DNA from: Candidatus Pacearchaeota archaeon CG10_big_fil_rev_8_21_14_0_10_34_76
GTDB lineage: Archaea; Nanobdellota; Nanobdellia; Pacearchaeales; GW2011-AR1
Length of the DNA stretch: 64,000 nucleotides
Reading direction: 5' to 3'
Assembly: GCA_002763075.1 (NCBI GenBank)
Contig: PFDB01000015.1
Coordinates: 5,747-69,746 of the forward strand
A model generated the notes under the pieces. That model worked only from the letters and a program-made list of their open reading frames with translations, did not search any database and was not told the DNA's origin. Shown here one piece after another: positions 58,765 through 64,000 of this stretch (position 1 is the stretch's first letter; every line of letters begins with the position of its first letter). A program made the translations under genes and the position numbers.

Positions 58765-59673
58765 TCACAAGACTTGTTCCCAAGAACCTGACTCTTCAAA
58801 CCTTTCTTTACCCTTGAATAGTTCCTTAACATATGTGCCAGCTATTTTTTCTAATAATTCTACATTATTTGTGTATTCAAACCATAATGCTGTTAATTGG
58901 TGTAAATCTGCATACTCGTAAGAAGTAACATAGGGCGGAGATGTAACAACCATTTTAACGCTGTTGTCTGCTGTTGGTATTTTTCTGGCGTCGCTTAAAA
59001 CAATTTTATTTTCTTTTATCAATTTTCCCAGAGTTAGATTATAAAGTTCTAAATTTCCCCTTATCATGCTATTTATCTGTCGCTTAAATGTTTTAATCGG
59101 GTCTTGTTGTTTTTTATTAAAATCTCTTGTTGGCTTATTGCTTTTTGCTAACCATATAGAACAATTTTTTAATATTTGAGAAAATCCACAGAGAAAGAAA
59201 TTAATTAATTCTTCTCCCCTTAATGATTTAATATTTTTTAGAATTTTAAATAAAGTTAGTCTTATTTTTTTATCAGGAAACCAATAGATTATTCTCTCGT
59301 TAAATTCTCTGTCTTTTATTTCTTCTTCATTTTCTATCAAATCAAATAACTTTTCTTTTGCTTTATTTAGTTTGTCTGGTTCAATCGGAGTTATCTTTGT
59401 CTTGCTTATCAAAACAGCAACGGGGTTAATATCTGTTCCAATTCCTTTTCTTCCATAAATTAAAGATTCTACAATAGTCGTTCCGCAACCGCAAAAAGTA
59501 TCTATAACCAAATCTCCCTCATTAGAATTTTCTAAAATACATCTTCTTGCTAATTGAGGGATAAATTTTGCAGGGTATCTATGATAGCCATGACTTGCAT
59601 AAGGGGTATCTTTGCGACTTGAATCTTCAAAAGCCCATGATTTATCCTCTTTAATACCCTCAAATTTTTTCAT
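58765..59673 (-). pseudogene. N4-cytosine DNA methyltransferase, probably C-terminally truncated
   Basis: HRYPAKFIPQ, DTFCGCGTT, TSPPY; only about 55 aa follow SPPY, and motifs V-VIII are not recognisable. Confidence 0.7.
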
Positions 59674-59674
59674 T

Positions 59675-59965
59675 TTATTTTAATTTTTTGGACAAAAATT
59701 TAATTACCTCATTTATCAAATCTCTACATTCTTTTGATTTTTTAAGAGTTATTGTTATGTTATTTTTTTCTTTGTAATGTATTATTTTATTTCTTAAATC
59801 TTCAAATGATTTAAGGTCTTTCCACATTTTGCTTTGTTTAAATTTCTTAATATCTAATTTTGTAAAATGATGTATTAAAAATAATATCTTTTTTGTTGTT
59901 GGGGGTCTTATTGTTATTTCTTCAAAAAAACCTTCTTCATTAACTCTTAATTCTTTTTCATTCAA
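59675..59965 (-). CDS. HEPN-like domain lacking a good start codon
   Basis: LRNKIIHY (Rx4H); frame stays open upstream to about 60103 with no ATG. Confidence 0.6.
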   Translation of the reverse strand: MNEKELRVNEEGFFEEITIRPPTTKKILFLIHHFTKLDIKKFKQSKMWKDLKSFEDLRNKIIHYKEKNNITITLKKSKECRDLINEVIKFLSKKLK

Positions 59966-60036
59966 AAAAGATTTTTCATGTAGTTTTAACCTTGAACCAA
60001 TAGAAAAAGATTCAGAAAGAGTATTAATATGATTAA

Positions 60037-60154
60037 ATATTATCGTTCCAATTGTAGAGGCTATAATATATGCTATTAAAATAGGGGTCCCACGAATATT
60101 CGATTATATATTATCGTTCCAATTGTAGAGGCTATAATATATGCTATTAAAATA
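60037..60154. repeat. 47-bp exact direct repeat (60037-60083, 60108-60154), period 71
   Basis: ATATTATCGTTCCAATTGTAGAGGCTATAATATATGCTATTAAAATA twice. Confidence 0.95.
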
Positions 60155-60408
60155 ATCCACCCCAGTTTTTTACTTGAGTTAAAAGCAAGGTGTATCCCAT
60201 ATCCAACAAAAAATAAAATAACTGGTAGAAGAATTAATGAAAGGGAGGCTCCTAGAGAAAGCAGAATCAGTGCTGGAATAGCAATAACCTCTATCGGGAG
60301 GAAAATAAGATAATATAGACTTACAAAGGAAAAGGCTAAAACAATTAATCCCAAAACGAAACCTATCCAAGCCATCCAAGATTTTAAAGGATTATATGAT
60401 TTTGCCAT
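60076..60408 (-). CDS. Small multi-TM membrane protein
   Basis: 110 aa, three or more hydrophobic segments; its 3' end contains one repeat copy. Confidence 0.75.
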   Translation of the reverse strand: MAKSYNPLKSWMAWIGFVLGLIVLAFSFVSLYYLIFLPIEVIAIPALILLSLGASLSLILLPVILFFVGYGIHLAFNSSKKLGWIILIAYIIASTIGTIIYNRIFVGPLF

Positions 60409-60455
60409 ACTTCTATGGGATTTGCTTACTTTTAAACTCTATCTATTAAAAGTTC

Positions 60456-60716
60456 CTAAACTGCAATTCCATAATCTCTTGCAGCAGTCCTTAAACCTAC
60501 CGCTTCTTCGGGGTTTGCAGGAGGATTCCTTAAGCGAACTAGATAAGTGTCTCTTACATTCAAAGAATAATCAATTTGTTTTCTTAGACATGCAACCCCT
60601 AAATCTTCACCAATTGCTGACTCTGTACCAACATGGCTATCTAAATATCTCAAATTGGGAGGTAATATTCCTCCAAACTCTCTTCTCACTTCTCCAACTG
60701 TCGTTAAGGTCATCAC
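60456..60716 (-). CDS. Hypothetical protein
   Basis: 86-aa ORF, co-oriented with the islet genes. Confidence 0.5.
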   Translation of the reverse strand: MMTLTTVGEVRREFGGILPPNLRYLDSHVGTESAIGEDLGVACLRKQIDYSLNVRDTYLVRLRNPPANPEEAVGLRTAARDYGIAV

Positions 60717-60789
60717 TCAATGAAAACTCTCTAATTTCTGGTTAACCCCTGGATAGACAGATTTAAAAAGCTCATTTTTCTAAGAAGAA

Positions 60790-60852
60790 TAAGTTAGCAG
60801 GTACGGAAACGCAATATCAATAAGTCGCTCTGATTAACCCCTGCGCTACTTA
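60790..60852 (+). promoter_or_regulatory. Putative structured 5' leader of rps2
   Basis: TAAGT/ACTTA and GCAGG/CCTGC stems between the TATA (ATTTAAAAA about 60761) and ATG 60866. Confidence 0.45.
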
Positions 60853-60865
60853 TATTTGGTTAATA

Positions 60866-61768
60866 ATGGCAAAAAAGAAAGAAGAAAATGTTGTTGAAAG
60901 AGCAGTTGACGCTGTTGAAGAAGTTATAGAAGACACTGCAGAAGTTGTTAAGGAAATAACTGAAAAAGTTAAGAAAACTATGACTGGCAAGAAAACTAAC
61001 AAAAAGAAAACAGAAAAGACTGAAGAGAAAGAAATAGAAAAAAAGGTTCCTGTAAAATCTAAACTGGAAGAATTGAAAGAAAAAGCCAAGGCCTTGGAAA
61101 AGAAGGTAGGTGTTGAGAAGAAGATTGATATTAAAAGTGAGGTAAAAGGAGAAAGTGAGGACAAGAAAGACTTGCTTGTACCAATAGAGGATTATCTTAA
61201 GGCTTCCATACATCTCGGAACAAGAGTAATCACTCCAGATATGAGAAAATATGTATACAAAAGAAGGGCCGATGGACTTGCTGTTTTCAACACGAACCTT
61301 ATAGATGATATGTTAAGGGATGGTGCTGAATATCTCTCTAAATTTGCTCCTGAGGATATAGTTGTTGTCTGTAAGAGAGAAGCTGGATGGCGTGCAACTC
61401 GGTTATTTGGAGAGACTCTCGGTGTAAAAACATTCACCAAGAAATACCCTGCAGGAAGTTTAACAAACCCCAATCTTGAGAATTTTTTTGAAACAGACCT
61501 TATTCTTATCTGTGATCCCTGGCTTGACAAAAATGCACTTAATGATGCAAATAAGATTAAGATTAATGTCATGAGTGTATGTGATACAAATAATTTTACT
61601 AAGGGAATAGATAAGTTTGTCATCGGAAATAATAAAAGCGGTAAAAGTATTGGAATAATCTTATATTTGCTTGCTAAACTGTATGTAGAAAAAAGAAATC
61701 TGAATATTGAAGTTCCTGGAATAGAGAAATTTATAGAGAATTGGGCTGAAGCTCAGATACCTGCATAA
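60866..61768 (+). CDS. rps2: 30S ribosomal protein S2 with long charged N-terminal extension
   Basis: YLKASIHLGT, YVYKRRADGL, PAGSLTNP, DP..DKNAL, CDTNN, GNNK. Confidence 0.95.
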   Translation: MAKKKEENVVERAVDAVEEVIEDTAEVVKEITEKVKKTMTGKKTNKKKTEKTEEKEIEKKVPVKSKLEELKEKAKALEKKVGVEKKIDIKSEVKGESEDKKDLLVPIEDYLKASIHLGTRVITPDMRKYVYKRRADGLAVFNTNLIDDMLRDGAEYLSKFAPEDIVVVCKREAGWRATRLFGETLGVKTFTKKYPAGSLTNPNLENFFETDLILICDPWLDKNALNDANKIKINVMSVCDTNNFTKGIDKFVIGNNKSGKSIGIILYLLAKLYVEKRNLNIEVPGIEKFIENWAEAQIPA

Positions 61769-61800
61769 AATCTAAATAAGGGATTGTTGTTAAGTTTGCA

Positions 61801-64000
61801 ATGAATAAAGAGGGAAGAGTTACTTTTGCTGCTGTGCTTTTAAGTATAGGAATTGGATTAGTTGGTGCGGGGATATTTTCTACTGTTGTGGCACCAATTA
61901 TTTTTGAAAAAATCATAAATGTAGAAGGGGAAAATGTCGGTGCAGGTCTTGATGAGGGTTGTACATTGATACAAGCTTATTGGGCTCTTAATGACAAAAT
62001 TGTGAGTGAAGCACAAGAGAAGAGAAATGTTAATCTTGTTGTGCAGGGAGAGAACTGCACTGGAGAGGTTACTTTTGAAGTGTATTCATTAGATGGAAAG
62101 ATAATAAGAAAAATTGGGATGAACGGGTTTCTTAATGGAATTTCTATTGGACTTTGGAATGGAGAGGCTGGAAGCTATTATTTTGTTGCAGGAACAAAAA
62201 ATAATAGCGTACAGAGTAATGTTATAGAAATTGTTGAAAAGTCTTCTGAAGCTTGTAATGATGGATTGGATAATGATGGAGATGGGTGGATTGATATGGA
62301 TGACCCTGGATGCGGTTATATTCGAGATGTGGATGAGAATAATAGTCCTAGAGCATATCAGTGTTCTGATGGATTAGACAATGATGGAGATGGATTGATA
62401 GATGGTTTTGATCCTGATTGTAGTTCATGGGGAGATGATAGTGAGAGCAGTTTGAGGGGAACACAATGTTCTGATGGATTAGACAATGATGGAGATGGAT
62501 TGATTGACATGGATGATCCTGATTGCGAAAGTGAATTGGACAATGATGAAAGTGGAGGATTTAATGTTGTTCTTGAATATACAGATTCTTTTCCAAGAAT
62601 CGGTCATCCTATACTTTTCAATTTTGAAAAGGCATATGATTCTGTTGAGATTAAAATAGGGGATAAGAGTTATTCAAGACAAAATACTGATTATATTTAT
62701 TACACTCCATTAAAGACGGGGGTGAATGTTTTTGAGGTGAATGTTTTTGAAAATGGGAAAAAGATAACTGATACAATAAATTTAGATGTTGTTCCGCAAA
62801 ATACAAATTATATAAAAAAGATGAAAGAAAGTGAAAGACCAATGATCCCATTATGGAATTCTGAAGTAGGGATTCAATTTGAACAACTAAAGGATTATCA
62901 TTTTTGCAGAATGGTTTTTTCAGGAAGGCCTAATGCATATGGCAATGATAGATATTTTGATATTTATTCTAAAGATGCTATTAATACTCCCATGGCAGAT
63001 ATTGTAATACAAGATCTTTATGAAAATTATAATGCTGGGCAGGATGTGTGTTTTTTTATGTTCAAGTTCCCACATCCATGGCAATCCAATCCTAGTGATT
63101 ATAATTCTAGTGTAAATGGAGAATATGATTCTTCAAATGGATTTGAAGAGAATAATTGGGAAAGCCCATTTGCGACAGAAGGTCCTGCACAAACTTCTGC
63201 GTGGGTGGAGAGAGAATTAAGTAGAATAGATAATGGAGCACCAAATGGATTCAAGATAGATCACTTCATTCTAGATTGGGAATCCTATGGGGGGAGACAT
63301 TTTATCAAATATGGAGATGGATGGACTTGTAAATATCAGTGGTTTGGGATTTACTCTCCTGCTGTTTGCTCTTTTGATAATAACACTGCGGATTCAGGAG
63401 ATGATGCAACTAATGTTCCTGTCTTGATAGAACAGGCCACAGATTCAGATCCTAGATTTGTGCAAGCTAAGATAAACAGAGGAGTAACATTTGATTTTAG
63501 TGCTTGGAGTAACAATGCAGACTATTCTAAGAGATATAATATAACTCGCATTCTTAATGGGGAATGGGATAGAATGACAAGAGACATGTTCTTTATACCT
63601 ACAAAGAATCATTACTCTGATGTAATATTTTCTCAATATAACTATGCGCTCTATCCTAAAGAAGATCCATTTTATAATAATAGGGGTCTGGCTATTCCTC
63701 CAAATGTTGAAGAGAATGCAGCAAATGCATTTAGTCCGGCGTTATATTTCTGCAATCAAGAACTTAATATGCTGAGTGTTAAAGAAATAATGGTTCTTGA
63801 AATAAACACTGTCAAGATAATTCAAAGGAATAATTATTTTAGAAGCCATCAGATAATTCCTTGGGTAAAGCCAGCAAATGCTATAAGATATCAAGATTGT
63901 CCTGGAACAAATGTTAATTTTCCAGAGTTTACTGATCAACAGATATGGGAATCTCATTTGCATTTTTTGATGAGTGGAGCGGAGAGTTTTATTGCATGGA
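61801..64000 (+). CDS. Large secreted protein with three CxDGLDNDGDGxID repeats (partial, runs off the window)
   Basis: Frame open from ATG 61801 (MNKEGRVTFAAVLL...); 38-bp exact repeat at 62362-62399 and 62467-62504. Confidence 0.8.
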   Translation, partial: MNKEGRVTFAAVLLSIGIGLVGAGIFSTVVAPIIFEKIINVEGENVGAGLDEGCTLIQAYWALNDKIVSEAQEKRNVNLVVQGENCTGEVTFEVYSLDGKIIRKIGMNGFLNGISIGLWNGEAGSYYFVAGTKNNSVQSNVIEIVEKSSEACNDGLDNDGDGWIDMDDPGCGYIRDVDENNSPRAYQCSDGLDNDGDGLIDGFDPDCSSWGDDSESSLRGTQCSDGLDNDGDGLIDMDDPDCESELDNDESGGFNVVLEYTDSFPRIGHPILFNFEKAYDSVEIKIGDKSYSRQNTDYIYYTPLKTGVNVFEVNVFENGKKITDTINLDVVPQNTNYIKKMKESERPMIPLWNSEVGIQFEQLKDYHFCRMVFSGRPNAYGNDRYFDIYSKDAINTPMADIVIQDLYENYNAGQDVCFFMFKFPHPWQSNPSDYNSSVNGEYDSSNGFEENNWESPFATEGPAQTSAWVERELSRIDNGAPNGFKIDHFILDWESYGGRHFIKYGDGWTCKYQWFGIYSPAVCSFDNNTADSGDDATNVPVLIEQATDSDPRFVQAKINRGVTFDFSAWSNNADYSKRYNITRILNGEWDRMTRDMFFIPTKNHYSDVIFSQYNYALYPKEDPFYNNRGLAIPPNVEENAANAFSPALYFCNQELNMLSVKEIMVLEINTVKIIQRNNYFRSHQIIPWVKPANAIRYQDCPGTNVNFPEFTDQQIWESHLHFLMSGAESFIAW

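Noticed and set aside
58765..58860. Pus10/TruB-like fragment (AGTYVKEL) fused to the methyltransferase
   Set aside because: Match is about 8 residues, too short to support
60037..60154. Mini CRISPR array
   Set aside because: Only two copies, the repeat is coding sequence of a membrane gene, 24-bp gap, no cas genes
62254..62530. CRISPR or DGR template/variable repeat; antisense ORF 62358-62543
   Set aside because: These are in-frame protein repeats (CxDGLDNDGDG); differences are not adenine-specific and no reverse transcriptase is in the window
989..63963. Numerous 60-190 aa ORFs antisense to or nested in long genes (e.g. 9351-9932, 26821-27399, 45635-46087, 51073-51549)
   Set aside because: Shadow frames of well-supported genes, with Ser/Phe/Ile-biased composition and no motifs

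Overview
AT-rich archaeal chromosome segment. Gene content, small divergent housekeeping proteins, many Cys-rich surface proteins and mostly leaderless promoters suggest a DPANN archaeon (Pacearchaeota/Woesearchaeota-like; inference). 1-6.2 kb: tRNA-Thr(CGT), surface proteins, argS and a compact 261-nt SRP RNA with an Alu domain but apparently no helix 6. 6.3-26.2 kb: a large type IV pilus locus (8 class III signal-peptide proteins, a secretion ATPase, two TadC/GspF-like genes). A ~9.9-kb cassette of secreted proteins (S-layer-like Ca-binding protein, membrane-anchored I9-like protein, 1496-aa subtilase, DNRLRE-like protein) splits the two tadC genes and is bounded by a 13-bp duplication of the second tadC start. 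An ArmA/Rmt-like 16S rRNA methyltransferase also sits in the locus. 26-50 kb: archease-rtcB, large surface proteins, oapABC split by a VapBC pair, cca, trmB, a presenilin-like protease with a hairpin-rich leader, aCPSF1, psmB, rad50/mre11, RNase J. 50-62 kb: exosome/proteasome superoperon joined to rpoK-eno-rps2. A defence-like islet between eno and rps2 has a 47-bp direct repeat separating a membrane protein from an in-frame HEPN-like domain, followed by a truncated N4C methyltransferase. A large secreted protein runs off the window end. No CRISPR array, integrase, transposase or reverse transcriptase was seen. All family calls are motif recognition by eye; no searches were run.
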